Assembly: GCF_003018255.1 (NCBI RefSeq)
Contig: NZ_CP027440.1
Length of the DNA: 64,000 nucleotides
DNA from: Escherichia coli
Lineage (GTDB): Bacteria; Pseudomonadota; Gammaproteobacteria; Enterobacterales; Enterobacteriaceae
Direction: 5' to 3' (one strand)
A program made the translations under genes and the position numbers. Below the pieces are notes generated by a model. It saw only the letters and a program-made list of their open reading frames with translations, was not told where the DNA came from and made no database searches. Position 1 is the stretch's first letter; every line of letters starts with the position of its first letter. Of the stretch, positions 34,062-43,130 are shown one piece after another.

Positions 34062-34603
34062 ACACGGCAGCGGAGGCCATCCGTGCCCTGTCGCAGCAGG
34101 TGCCGGGATTCCGCTGTCAGATGAACGAAGGCTGGTACCAGATACGTATTGCCGGTGAGGATACCGCGCCGGACCAGATATCGCCCCGACTGCATGAGCC
34201 ACTGAACCCGGGGGATGTCATTCATCTGGTTCCCCGGGCAGAAGGTGCCAAAAGTGGCGGAGTGTTTCAGGCCGTGCTTGGCGTTGCGCTGGTTGCGGCA
34301 GCTATCTGGATGCCGGGTATCGGTATTGCAGCCAGCAACATCATGTTTTCCATGGGCTCTGCAATGGCACTGGGTGGTGTGGCCCAGATGCTGGCCCCGA
34401 AGGCAAAGACGCCGGAGTACAAAAGCACGGATAACGGCAGACAGAACACGTATTTTTCGTCACTGGACAACATGATTGCTCAGGGGAATCCGGTGCCGGT
34501 GCCTTACGGTGAAATGCTGGTTGGTTCACGACGGATATCCCAGGACATCAGCACCCGTGATGAGGGCGGTGACGGGAAAGTGGTGGTTATCGGGCGGGGA
34601 TGA
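33959..34603 (+). CDS. tail tip assembly protein I
   Basis: 214 aa. ICLHGDLQRFGRRISL...GAKSGGVFQ...DNGRQNTYFSSLDNMIAQGNPVPVPYGEM matches remembered lambda gpI. Overlaps K, as in lambda. Confidence 0.9.
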   Translation: MATTNAFCLASPPLVRICLHGDLQRFGRRISLYVNTAAEAIRALSQQVPGFRCQMNEGWYQIRIAGEDTAPDQISPRLHEPLNPGDVIHLVPRAEGAKSGGVFQAVLGVALVAAAIWMPGIGIAASNIMFSMGSAMALGGVAQMLAPKAKTPEYKSTDNGRQNTYFSSLDNMIAQGNPVPVPYGEMLVGSRRISQDISTRDEGGDGKVVVIGRG

Positions 34604-35440
34604 AAAAAAATCCCGCAGTGTTCGGCGCCTGCGGGAAGAGATACGAAGATTAACTTTAAGGAATTTTTCATTATTCTGGCAGATGAACTGTAACGCAGCG
34701 TGATTATGAGCACTACAGTCAGTGTGCGGAAATGTGAATAAACTCAGAATTTTTATTCACCGGAAGAGGATTGCCGGATATCGGTGGCAGAGGACAGAAG
34801 GCATCATGCCGGGTTCAGGGGATAAAAAAATCCCGCAGAACTCCGTGCTGCGGGAAGAGAACGATGTTGACTAACCTGTTGGCGTTTTATTTTTATTGAC
34901 CCGCAGAAACTGTAACCTGCCGGAATGCACTCTGCCACGGAGAATGACGGAAAATGTGAAGAAAATCAGAGTTTTTATTTATCCCGTGCATTCGTCTCTG
35001 GCGACAGAGTGGCGTCAGTAATGTCCGTGATACTGAGGGGGGAATTAAAAAATCTCCCGTAATACACCTGGATATTGACGGGAGAAACGAATAGTCACCT
35101 TAAGGAGTAGTTTTGATTATTGCCTGTAATCAGCGGGCGAATTGTAACGTATGGTGATTATGAGTGCCACAGGTAATTTGCAGAAATGTGAATAAATTCA
35201 GAATTTTTATTCACAGGAAGGGGCTGCGGGATATTGGTGGCAGAGGACAGAAAATATCAGGCCGGGTTTAAGGGATAAAAAAATCCCGCAGAGTTAGCGG
35301 AGCTGCGGGAAATAAACGATGAAGATTAACGTTATGGAGTTATTTTTCAGGCATCAAAAAAGTAACGCAGCGTCATTATTGCGGCTACAGGCAATTTGCA
35401 GAAATGTGAAGAATTTCAGAAATTTTATTCCGTCATGACA
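34604..35440 (-). repeat. four tandem ~190-230-bp non-coding repeat units between I and J, each ending in a minus-strand intrinsic terminator
   Basis: Units at ~34604-34823, 34824-35045, 35046-35273 and 35274-35440. Terminator hairpins at 34611-34636, 34831-34856, 35053-35085 and 35284-35310, each with 6-8 A on the plus strand just upstream (a U-run on the minus strand). The shared core on the minus strand is TTCACATTT..GCA....CATAAT..CG.TGCGTTAC. Confidence 0.8.
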
Positions 35441-35470
35441 CAGGCACCCTCCGGGGTGCCTGTTGTTTTT
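35441..35470 (+). terminator. plus-strand intrinsic terminator 44 bp upstream of J
   Basis: CAGGCACCC-TCCG-GGGTGCCTG hairpin followed by TTGTTTTT. Confidence 0.7.
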
Positions 35471-35513
35471 GGGCATAAACAGATTCAGACATCAGACAGG
35501 AGAGGGGGACAGA

Positions 35514-38500
35514 GTGGGTAAAGGGGGCGGCAAGGGGCACACACCGCGTGAGGCGAAGGACAATCTCAAATCCACGCAGATGATGAGCGTGATTGATGCC
35601 ATCGGTGAGGGACCGGTGGAAGGCCCGGTGAAGGGACTGCAGAGTATTCTGGTGAACAAAACCCCGCTGACGGACACGGACGGTAATCCCGTGATACACG
35701 GTGTGACCGCCGTCTGGCGTGCCGGGGAGCAGGAGCAGACACCGCCGGAAGGCTTTGAGTCCTCCGGGGCGGAAACCGCACTGGGTGTGGAGGTGACGAA
35801 GGCAAAGCCGGTGACGCGCACCATCACGTCAGCGAACATTGACCGTCTGCGGGTCACCTTCGGGGTGCAGTCACTGGTGGAGACCAGCTCAAAGGGTGAC
35901 CGTAATCCCTCTTCTGTCCGGCTGCTGATTCAGCTTGAGCGTAACGGTAACTGGGGGACGGAGAAGGATGTCACCATTAACGGCAAGACCACCTCGCAGT
36001 ACCTGACGTCGGTGATTCTGAATAATCTCCCTGAGCGCCCCTTTAACATCCGGATGGTCAGGGTGACGGCGGACAGTACCACGGACCAGCTGCAGAACAG
36101 AACGCTGTGGTCGTCATACACCGAAATCATCGATGTGAAACAGTGCTACCCGAACACGGCCATTGTGGGGCTGCAGGTGGATGCGGAGCAGTTCGGTGGC
36201 CAGCAGATGGTGGTGAACTACCATATCCGCGGCCGCATCATTCAGGTGCCGTCAAACTATGACCCGGAAAAACGCACCTACAGCGGTATCTGGGACGGGA
36301 GTCTGAAACCGGCATACAGCAATAACCCGGCCTGGTGCCTGTGGGACATGCTGACCCACCCGCGCTACGGCATGGGAAAACGCCTGGGGGCGGCGGATGT
36401 GGACAAGTGGGCACTGTATGCCATCGGGCAGTACTGTGACCAGACGGTCCCGGATGGTTTCGGGGGCACAGAGCCGCGGATGACTTTCAATGCGTACCTG
36501 TCACAGCAGCGTAAGGTCTGGGATGTCCTGGGGGATTTCTGCTCGGCGATGCGCTGTATGCCGGTATGGAACGGCCAGACGCTGACGTTCGTTCAGGACC
36601 GTCCGTCGGATGTGGTGTGGCCGTACACCAACAGCGATGTGGTGGTGGATGATAACGGCGTGGGGTTCCGCTACAGCTTCAGTGCCCTGAAGGACCGGCA
36701 CACGGCGGTGGAGGTGAATTACACCGACCCGCAGAACGGCTGGCAGACTTCCACGGAACTGGTGGAAGACCCGGACGCCATCCTGCGCTACGGGCGCAAC
36801 CTGCTGAAGATGGACGCGTTCGGCTGTACCAGCCGCGGTCAGGCTCACCGTGCCGGACTGTGGGTGATAAAGACCGAACTGCTGGAAACGCAGACGGTGG
36901 ATTTCACGCTCGGGTCTCAGGGGCTGCGGCACACGCCCGGTGACATCATTGAAATCTGTGATAACGACTATGCCGGGACCCTGACCGGCGGACGCATCCT
37001 GTCCATTGATGCCGCCAGCCGCACACTGACGCTGGACCGTGAGGTGACACTGCCTGAGACAGGTACATCGACGGTGAACCTGATTAACGGCAGCGGTAAG
37101 CCGGTGCGCGTGGACATCACTGCACACCCCGCCCCTGACCGGATACAGGTCAGCGTCCTGCCTGATGGCGTGGCGACATACGGTGTGTGGGGACTCTCCC
37201 TGCCGTCACTGCGTCGTCGCCTGTTCCGCTGTGTTTCCATCCGGGAAAACACGGACGGCACCTTTGCCATCACGGCGGTGCAGCACGTACCGGAAAAAGA
37301 AGCCATTGTGGATAACGGGGCCCGCTTTGAGCCTATGTCCGGTTCACTGAACAGCGTCATCCCGCCGGCGGTGCAGCACCTCACGCTGGAGGTGAGCGCC
37401 TCAGACGGCCAGTATCTGGCGCTGGCGAAATGGGACACGCCGCGGGTGGTGAAGGGCGTGCGCTTCAGTCTGCGCCTGACCAGCGGAAACGGTGAAAACA
37501 GCCGCCTGGTGACCAGCGCCATCACGGCGGACACGGAGTACCGTTTCAGTGGCCTGCCGCTCGGGGAATACACCCTGACGGTCAGGGCGATAAACAGCTA
37601 CGGCCAGCAGGGCGAACCTGCCACCACCACATTCCGGATTAATGCACCGGCGGCACCGGCCAGCATTGAACTGACGCCGGGGTATTTTCAGATAACGGTG
37701 GTCCCGCATCCTGCGGTGTATGACCCGACGGTACAGTCTGAATTCTGGTTCTCAGAAAAACGCATCACGGACACGGCACAGGTGGAAACCTCTGCCCGTT
37801 ATCTGGGGACAGGCAGTCAGTGGAGTGTCTCCGGCCCGCACATTAAGCCCGGGAAGGATTTCTGGTTTTATGTGCGCAGCGTCAACCTGGTGGGGAAATC
37901 TGCGTTTGTGGAGGCCAGCGGGCAGGCCAGCAATGATGGTGAAGGGTATCTGGAAATTTTCCGTGGGCTGATAGATGAGGCGCAGCTGGGGAAGGCACTG
38001 AAAGAGCGTATTGATGCGTCAGCCCTGCGTACTGATGTCACGCAACTGGAAGAAGATATCCGCCAGCGACTGGAGACGGATGTTGCGGAAGTGACCCGAA
38101 AAATCGGGGAGGCGGAAAACAGCCTCACGCAGCTGGTTGCGAAAAAGAATGAGGACCAGACGCTGGCCATCGCGCAGGTGAGTCAGCAGGTGGACCGGGT
38201 GAGCAGTGAAATCACACAGACAGTCAGCCAGAGCACGGAGGAAAACGCCAGGCAGATAGCGCAGGTCCGCCAGTACGTGGATGACAAAGGGAGTGAAATC
38301 ACCTCGACCACGGATAAAAAGCTGGAAGACCAGAGCGCGACCATACAGCAGATACAGCAGGTCCAGTCAGACACGAATGATGAGCTGGCTGCGCTGTACA
38401 TGCTGAAGGTGCAGAAAACGAAAAACGGCATTCCGTATGTTGCCGGTATTGGTGCGGGGATTGAGGATGCTGATGGCCAGACGCTGAGCAATATTCTGCT

Positions 38501-39200
38501 GCAGGCGGACCGTATCGCAATGATTACCCCGGAGAACGGCAACACCACGCCGCTGTTTGTGGCACAGGGGAATCAGCTGTTCATGAACGACGTGTTCCTG
38601 AAGCGACTGTTTGCGGTGAGTATCACGTCATCCGGCAATCCCCCGACGTTTTCCCTGACGCCGGACGGCAGGCTGACGGCCCGCAATGCGGATATCAGCG
38701 GACATATCAGTGCGAACTCGGGCACGCTCAATAATGTCGTGATAGCGGAGAACTGTACGATAAATGGCACGCTGAAAGCGGAGAACATTATTGGTGATCT
38801 GGTGAAATGTGCAGGGGTGGCTTTTCCGGTGGATGGTAGTTACCTTGCGAACGGTACACGGACGCTGACGGTGTATGACGATCACAGCTTTGACCGGCAG
38901 ATTATAATCCCGCCGATAATCTATGTCGGGTCAAAACAGGAATCCCGCACCAGTAATGACATCTGGACAGAGTGCTTCCTGCATGTTGATCAGAACGGAC
39001 GCCGGATTTATTCAGGCAGGTCAGTGGCAGAGCCGGGAATTTTCAGCGGGATCATCGATATGCCAGCTGGCGGTGGTCATATCACCCTGAGTTTTACCGT
39101 GAGCTCACGGCGTCAGAATAACAGTTGGGGCAGTTCACGAATCAGTAACCTTCAGGCGATAGTGGTGAAGAAAAACAGCGCGGGGATCAGCATCCGCTGA
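35514..39200 (+). CDS. tail tip / host-specificity protein J
   Basis: 1228 aa from GTG 35514 ([22 protein letters not shown]..., SD GGAGAGGGGGA). Colinear with remembered lambda gpJ for ~1000 aa. The C-terminal receptor-binding part is divergent. Confidence 0.92.
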   Translation: MGKGGGKGHTPREAKDNLKSTQMMSVIDAIGEGPVEGPVKGLQSILVNKTPLTDTDGNPVIHGVTAVWRAGEQEQTPPEGFESSGAETALGVEVTKAKPVTRTITSANIDRLRVTFGVQSLVETSSKGDRNPSSVRLLIQLERNGNWGTEKDVTINGKTTSQYLTSVILNNLPERPFNIRMVRVTADSTTDQLQNRTLWSSYTEIIDVKQCYPNTAIVGLQVDAEQFGGQQMVVNYHIRGRIIQVPSNYDPEKRTYSGIWDGSLKPAYSNNPAWCLWDMLTHPRYGMGKRLGAADVDKWALYAIGQYCDQTVPDGFGGTEPRMTFNAYLSQQRKVWDVLGDFCSAMRCMPVWNGQTLTFVQDRPSDVVWPYTNSDVVVDDNGVGFRYSFSALKDRHTAVEVNYTDPQNGWQTSTELVEDPDAILRYGRNLLKMDAFGCTSRGQAHRAGLWVIKTELLETQTVDFTLGSQGLRHTPGDIIEICDNDYAGTLTGGRILSIDAASRTLTLDREVTLPETGTSTVNLINGSGKPVRVDITAHPAPDRIQVSVLPDGVATYGVWGLSLPSLRRRLFRCVSIRENTDGTFAITAVQHVPEKEAIVDNGARFEPMSGSLNSVIPPAVQHLTLEVSASDGQYLALAKWDTPRVVKGVRFSLRLTSGNGENSRLVTSAITADTEYRFSGLPLGEYTLTVRAINSYGQQGEPATTTFRINAPAAPASIELTPGYFQITVVPHPAVYDPTVQSEFWFSEKRITDTAQVETSARYLGTGSQWSVSGPHIKPGKDFWFYVRSVNLVGKSAFVEASGQASNDGEGYLEIFRGLIDEAQLGKALKERIDASALRTDVTQLEEDIRQRLETDVAEVTRKIGEAENSLTQLVAKKNEDQTLAIAQVSQQVDRVSSEITQTVSQSTEENARQIAQVRQYVDDKGSEITSTTDKKLEDQSATIQQIQQVQSDTNDELAALYMLKVQKTKNGIPYVAGIGAGIEDADGQTLSNILLQADRIAMITPENGNTTPLFVAQGNQLFMNDVFLKRLFAVSITSSGNPPTFSLTPDGRLTARNADISGHISANSGTLNNVVIAENCTINGTLKAENIIGDLVKCAGVAFPVDGSYLANGTRTLTVYDDHSFDRQIIIPPIIYVGSKQESRTSNDIWTECFLHVDQNGRRIYSGRSVAEPGIFSGIIDMPAGGGHITLSFTVSSRRQNNSWGSSRISNLQAIVVKKNSAGISIR

Positions 39201-39299
39201 ACATCGCGCCCCGGGATTGCCGGAAGGAGACAAAAACCGTACAGTATGCGCGGGTGCCTTTGGCTGATGGCCGGAGGGAACACCTGAAGGCCGGATGTG

Positions 39300-39358
39300 A
39301 AAAGGCCCCGGACAAAACATTCATGTTTAACCCGAGGCCTGACCATTCATCCTAAGCA
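39300..39358 (-). ncRNA. Sok-like antisense RNA candidate
   Basis: Minus strand: TTGCTC (39393-39388), 17-bp spacer, TAACCT (39370-39365), then a ~59-nt RNA ending in the GGCCTCGG...CCGGGGCC hairpin (39339-39304) plus U4. Antisense to the hok leader. Confidence 0.35.
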
Positions 39359-39398
39359 AGTGAAAGGTTAGCGCCTCTCCGTAAAAGGAGCAAGCGTT

Positions 39399-39539
39399 AT
39401 GTCGCAAAAACCGTTAAAAACCACCGTGATTTGTATCACGGTAGTGCTCATTATCTGGATCACCCACACTTCACTGTGCGAGTTCCGGTTCCGGATAGCG
39501 GGCGCGGAGATTGCGGCGTTCTTACAGTGTAAGCGGTAA
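39399..39539 (+). CDS. Hok/Gef-family type I toxin (46 aa, below the ORF-track cutoff)
   Basis: Read by hand: MSQKPLKTTVICITVVLIIWITHTSLCEFRFRIAGAEIAAFLQCKR. TM helix plus the family motif SLCE(I/F)R(Y/F)R..G..E(V/I)AAF. SD GGAG 8 nt upstream. Confidence 0.8.
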   Translation: MSQKPLKTTVICITVVLIIWITHTSLCEFRFRIAGAEIAAFLQCKR

Positions 39540-39635
39540 GAAACCGTGGCGGGGGAGTGTACCTTCCCCGCCGACCGGTTGCTGAGGGTGATCAGCCGGA
39601 TGGCACCTTTTTAACATCAATAAATCACAAATTTT

Positions 39636-39670
39636 ACCGCAGGCCGGGAAACCGGTCCTGCGGTTTTTTT
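39636..39670 (+). terminator. intrinsic terminator (hok mRNA 3' end) 14 bp upstream of the tail-fibre gene
   Basis: ACCGCAGGCCGG-GAAA-CCGGTCCTGCGGT hairpin followed by T7. Confidence 0.75.
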
Positions 39671-39683
39671 ATGGAGGAAATCC

Positions 39684-40952
39684 ATGGCAGTCAGAATATC
39701 GGGTGTGCTGAAGGACGGGGCCGGTAAGCCGGTACCGGGATGCACGATAGAGCTGAAAGCGCGACGCACAACGGAGACGGTGATTGTCACCACGGTGGCG
39801 TATGGTCAGCCGGGGGAAACCGGCAGTTACAGTATGGATGTTGAGCCGGGTCTGTACCGGGTGACGCTGAACACGGAAGGGTACGCGCCGTCATATGTGG
39901 GTGACATTCTGGTGAAGGCGGACTCTGCACCGGGAACGCTGAATAAATTTCTGATGGACCTGGAGGACGCACAGTATTACCCGAAAGCCCTTGCAGAGCT
40001 GGAAGCGGTGGCCGCGGAAATCCTGAAACGTGCGGAAGCGTCAGCGGCGAGTGCAGAGGAAGCGAAGAAACGGGCAGAGAATGCGCGGGGACCGAAGGGG
40101 GATAAGGGAGACACCGGGCCACAGGGTATTCCCGGGCCAAAAGGCGATACCGGCGAGCGTGGGCCAAAGGGTGAGCGTGGTGAGGCAGGCCCACAGGGGG
40201 TACAGGGGCCACGGGGTGAAACCGGACCCGTGGGACCGCAAGGAGAGGCGGGTATTCAGGGGCCTGCTGGTCCTGCGGGCCCGCGAGGTGAAACCGGAGC
40301 CAGAGGCGAAAAAGGAGAGCCGGGAGATCCCGGAGGACCTCCGGGACCAAAAGGTGACACTGGCCCCAGAGGGGAGCCGGGGCCTCAGGGCCCGGCAGGT
40401 CCGAGGGGACCTGCCGGAGAGAGAGGGCCGCAAGGATTGCAGGGTGTGGCAGGGGAGAGAGGCGATACAGGTCCGGCTGGCCCACAGGGTATACCTGGAC
40501 CTCCGGGGCCAACAGGTAGCGTCGGTCCTAAGGGGGAAAAAGGCGAGCCTGGTGATCGAGGTCCACAGGGTGCTACCGGCCCCAGAGGACCACAAGGGGA
40601 AAAAGGGGATAAAGGTGACCCCGGCCCGGCAGGCCCTGCCGGTGAGCGGGGGCCGAAAGGTGATACCGGGCCGACGGGCCCCGCAGGGAAGGATGGCGCA
40701 GATTCACAGGCGAACAGAGTGCGTATCAGCGAGAAAACAGAAGTCACCTCCAGCACAGTCGTTTTCCCCTCTTTTTATGGCGGTGCGCAGGGGGAAAATG
40801 CAGCCCCTGAGGGCGCTGTGATTCTGAATATCAGGACGGCTCCGGTATCACTGACGAACGGCAATTTAGGGGCAGCCTGTGTCACCGCTGTCACTTACGG
40901 CTTCCTTCAGGTTCATGATGGCAGCCAGTGGGTTACGGTGGAACATGAATAA
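39684..40952 (+). CDS. side tail fibre with lambda Stf-like N-terminus and a ~200-aa collagen-like Gly-X-Y region
   Basis: 422 aa. The N-terminus [26 protein letters not shown] is of the prophage tail-fibre N-terminal type. About 67 G-X-Y triplets (nt ~40089-40697) with one single-residue interruption. Confidence 0.85.
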   Translation: MAVRISGVLKDGAGKPVPGCTIELKARRTTETVIVTTVAYGQPGETGSYSMDVEPGLYRVTLNTEGYAPSYVGDILVKADSAPGTLNKFLMDLEDAQYYPKALAELEAVAAEILKRAEASAASAEEAKKRAENARGPKGDKGDTGPQGIPGPKGDTGERGPKGERGEAGPQGVQGPRGETGPVGPQGEAGIQGPAGPAGPRGETGARGEKGEPGDPGGPPGPKGDTGPRGEPGPQGPAGPRGPAGERGPQGLQGVAGERGDTGPAGPQGIPGPPGPTGSVGPKGEKGEPGDRGPQGATGPRGPQGEKGDKGDPGPAGPAGERGPKGDTGPTGPAGKDGADSQANRVRISEKTEVTSSTVVFPSFYGGAQGENAAPEGAVILNIRTAPVSLTNGNLGAACVTAVTYGFLQVHDGSQWVTVEHE

Positions 40953-41020
40953 CATGATTTTTCCGGGTGCGGAAAGCTTAAACGGGTACCCCGTCCTGAA
41001 TATTCGTATGAGGAGAAGAA

Positions 41021-41692
41021 ATGAATCTTAAAAATCTGCAACGTTATACTCCTGAGAAGTCGGATGTTCCGGGGGCAATGTACCTGAAGGCAGAGGATGG
41101 CCGTGACTGGTATGAAAGCCAGTCGTCATTTAAGGCGGATACGCTGAAGCTGGTTTATGACAGCGAAGGCATAATCACGAGTATCAGTAAGGATGTGTCG
41201 ATGCTGTGGCCAGTGGGACAGAGTGTGGTGGAGGTTGAGGATACAGAAGAAAACCGCAAAGCTGATATCTCCGGGCGCTGGAAGTTTGACGGGGAAAAAG
41301 TCGTTGATACTCTGACCGCGGAGAAAGCGCGCGGGATGAAGGGCGATGAAATAAACGCGTGGCGTAATGCGATGGAGGCGGCGAACTACACGTTTGAGCA
41401 CAATGGCCGGAAATGGGACTACGGAAAGTCAACGCAGACGCGTCTTGAGCCATCGGTGGCGGCAGCGAAAGCGGGGAAACTGCCGGAGGCGTTTTTCTGG
41501 ACGGATGCGGAAAACAATGATGTACAGGTGACAGCAGAAGAGCTTATTGCGCTGAGTGAAGCGGCAGAGCAGGCGATGTTCAGCAAAGGGATGGAAATCC
41601 ACATTCGCCAGCGCACCATGAAGAAGGACCTGGAATCGCTGAGCAGTGCGGATGAGATCCTGGTATACAGGGTTGGCTGGGCACAGGAATAA
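41021..41692 (+). CDS. tail fibre assembly / DUF4376-like protein
   Basis: 223 aa immediately downstream of the fibre gene. The call rests on position and loose resemblance only. Confidence 0.5.
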   Translation: MNLKNLQRYTPEKSDVPGAMYLKAEDGRDWYESQSSFKADTLKLVYDSEGIITSISKDVSMLWPVGQSVVEVEDTEENRKADISGRWKFDGEKVVDTLTAEKARGMKGDEINAWRNAMEAANYTFEHNGRKWDYGKSTQTRLEPSVAAAKAGKLPEAFFWTDAENNDVQVTAEELIALSEAAEQAMFSKGMEIHIRQRTMKKDLESLSSADEILVYRVGWAQE

Positions 41693-41739
41693 CAGACAAA
41701 AAGATGGGGGACCATCACCTCCCCCATGAACTGCGTTGA

Positions 41740-42003
41740 TTATGTCATTATTGTGAAGATATACACTATGCCGGGTAAATAGTGCCACGGAAAAGTTAAT
41801 TCCGGAAGTGACGGAACTCTCATTTTTCGTGCATCCTGTTGATATGGATGATTTTTCAGATTTTCGGAAGTCCGTATTTTTTCCCAGACATTTTGAAGCG
41901 TTTGCTTAATGAACGTATGTGCAGGCTCTTTATCTACGGCTCTTAAAATTGAGAGTCTATCATTGCTGGAGCCTGTGACAATTACGTCCAGGAAGAACTG
42001 CAT
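41740..42003 (-). CDS. hypothetical 87-aa protein (possibly a gene remnant)
   Basis: AT-rich, weak RBS. Lies downstream of, and could be co-transcribed with, the ORF6N gene. Confidence 0.25.
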   Translation of the reverse strand: MQFFLDVIVTGSSNDRLSILRAVDKEPAHTFIKQTLQNVWEKIRTSENLKNHPYQQDARKMRVPSLPELTFPWHYLPGIVYIFTIMT

Positions 42004-42099
42004 AACCTGGATGATTTACGCTCAATCAGAGAGAGGGCGATTAGCGGCAATCACGCTTGATAAAATTAACCCCAGTGATCATCCGGGGTTTTGCAATCA

Positions 42100-42660
42100 T
42101 TAAAACCGCATCAACCGTTCTACCAGTTGTTCTTTACGGGCAACGATCCAGCCGTGTTGCTCCAGATAAAATTTAAACCGCTCCAGAGTGCATACCATCG
42201 CATCGGCGGGGACTTTTTCTGTGAACTCTACCTGACCGTGTTTATCAAAGTGGATCAGTAATGCGCATCCATCATTTGGGGTGGGGGAGTTTTGTGTTGC
42301 TGGTGGTTGTTTATGGCTGAAATAACAGTCTTCCAGTTTTTCGAACACTTCCCACGCCTGATCGGTTTCGAGCATTTTTGCATGGCGGGCAGCGCCACGT
42401 TCTGTCCAGAGGATAAGGGAGCGGGCATTTTTACCAACTAACCCGATTGTTTCGGGTCTGTTCTTAAACTCGCGTAATTCGTTTTTTTCAATTTTAAAGT
42501 AATGCTTTCCTACCACGAATCGCGTCGTGTTGTTCAGAAAGTTATCAGAAATGTTTTTGATTTTTGTTCCGTATAACTGCGCCAGAAGTTCAGTTGTAAT
42601 AACGGGGATCTGGTTGTGGGTGATTGCAGGAAGAGTGTCGACAGAAATTTGAGTGGTCAT
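42100..42660 (-). CDS. ORF6N / KilA-N(Bro-N)-superfamily antirepressor-like protein
   Basis: 186 aa from ATG 42660 (SD GGAG 8 nt upstream). NQIPVITTELLAQLYGTKIKNISDNFLNNTTRFVVGKHYFKIEKNELREFKN is typical of the ORF6N DNA-binding domain. Confidence 0.7.
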   Translation of the reverse strand: MTTQISVDTLPAITHNQIPVITTELLAQLYGTKIKNISDNFLNNTTRFVVGKHYFKIEKNELREFKNRPETIGLVGKNARSLILWTERGAARHAKMLETDQAWEVFEKLEDCYFSHKQPPATQNSPTPNDGCALLIHFDKHGQVEFTEKVPADAMVCTLERFKFYLEQHGWIVARKEQLVERLMRF

Positions 42661-42714
42661 AACGATAACTCCGTACATTTGAAAATTATCGCCACCTTCA
42701 GGTTCCAATCATCA

Positions 42715-42791
42715 TGGTGGCGAACTGTGCGGGGTTGGAACTACCGGGTACGGAAACCGGCGAGCCTTTCGGCTCCCCCACACAGCCCGCC
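42715..42791 (-). ncRNA. C4-type antisense RNA (P1/P7 immI-like), 77 nt
   Basis: 16-bp closing stem GGCGGGCUGUGUGGGG/CCCCGCACAGUUCGCC followed by ACCA. Inner hairpins are GAGCC-GAAA-GGCUC and CCGG-UUUCCGUAC-CCGG. Single-stranded AGUUCCAA and the loop are complementary to sites flanking the element on both sides. Confidence 0.65.
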
Positions 42792-42824
42792 ATAAATCGC
42801 GAATGTGACTGTGCAAACGATATG

Positions 42825-42901
42825 AAAAAAGACGCGGGCGCGTCTCATATCGCTCCGTAAACATCCGGGGTTCCAATCCCGACGCCAGATTTTGCTGACG
42901 C
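42825..42901 (-). ncRNA. short terminated leader RNA carrying the a1/b1 decoy sites
   Basis: From the predicted TSS (~42901) to the terminator GACGC-GCCC-GCGUC plus U6 (42846-42825). Contains GAUUGGAACC (42878-42869) and UUACGGAG (42860-42853). Confidence 0.5.
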
Positions 42902-42907
42902 GTTGGA

Positions 42908-42937
42908 AATATAGCCCCGGAGGATAAAAACTGTCAA
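42908..42937 (-). promoter_or_regulatory. strong sigma70 promoter of the immI-like operon
   Basis: Minus strand: TTGACA (42937-42932), 18-bp spacer, TATATT (42913-42908). Confidence 0.65.
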
Positions 42938-43130
42938 CGGGTAAAAAAATTTCCGTTATCAGGAATGTATAAAATTAAAGCAATCGAGCAAAAAAACTCT
43001 CTGCAAAACTAAAAAAGATCTCAATAAAATCAGGCAGTTAAAAACACGGAAAAACGGTATAAAAAAGCATCTCAAAATCCTGTTTTTTCTTTCAGATACA
43101 ATATGTTATTGCATTTTTTAAAACCTGCCA

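Larger units (their letters stand above)
1..43130. mobile_element. Lambdoid prophage, right ~43 kb (nin region to right attachment junction); left end and integrase lie outside the window
   Basis: Continuous phage gene order: rusA, Q, morons, S, R, Rz, HNH, terS, terL, capsid, portal, tail H/M/L/K/I/J, stf, tfa. It ends where an in-frame 3' fragment of ompW starts (43131). Confidence 0.9.

Noticed and set aside
34504-34713. 69-aa minus-strand ORF and other small ORFs within the I-J repeats (for example MSTTVSVRKCE, MVIMSATGNLQKCE)
   Set aside because: None is conserved across the four units (start codons are missing in units 2 and 4), and the 69-aa ORF runs antisense into gene I.
39200-39398. 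A mok-like overlapping reading frame upstream of the hok-like ORF
   Set aside because: All upstream frames close within 7-13 codons and none overlaps the hok start. The locus may therefore regulate hok translation differently, or the leader has decayed.
39787-40821. Several 120-260-aa ORFs on both strands across the tail-fibre gene (40030..40821 +, 39787..40512 -, 40041..40595 -, 40385..40756 -)
   Set aside because: They are artefacts of the GGN-CCN periodic collagen-like repeat, which stays open in most frames. Only the 39684..40952 frame has a phage tail-fibre N-terminus, an RBS and a G-X-Y protein product.
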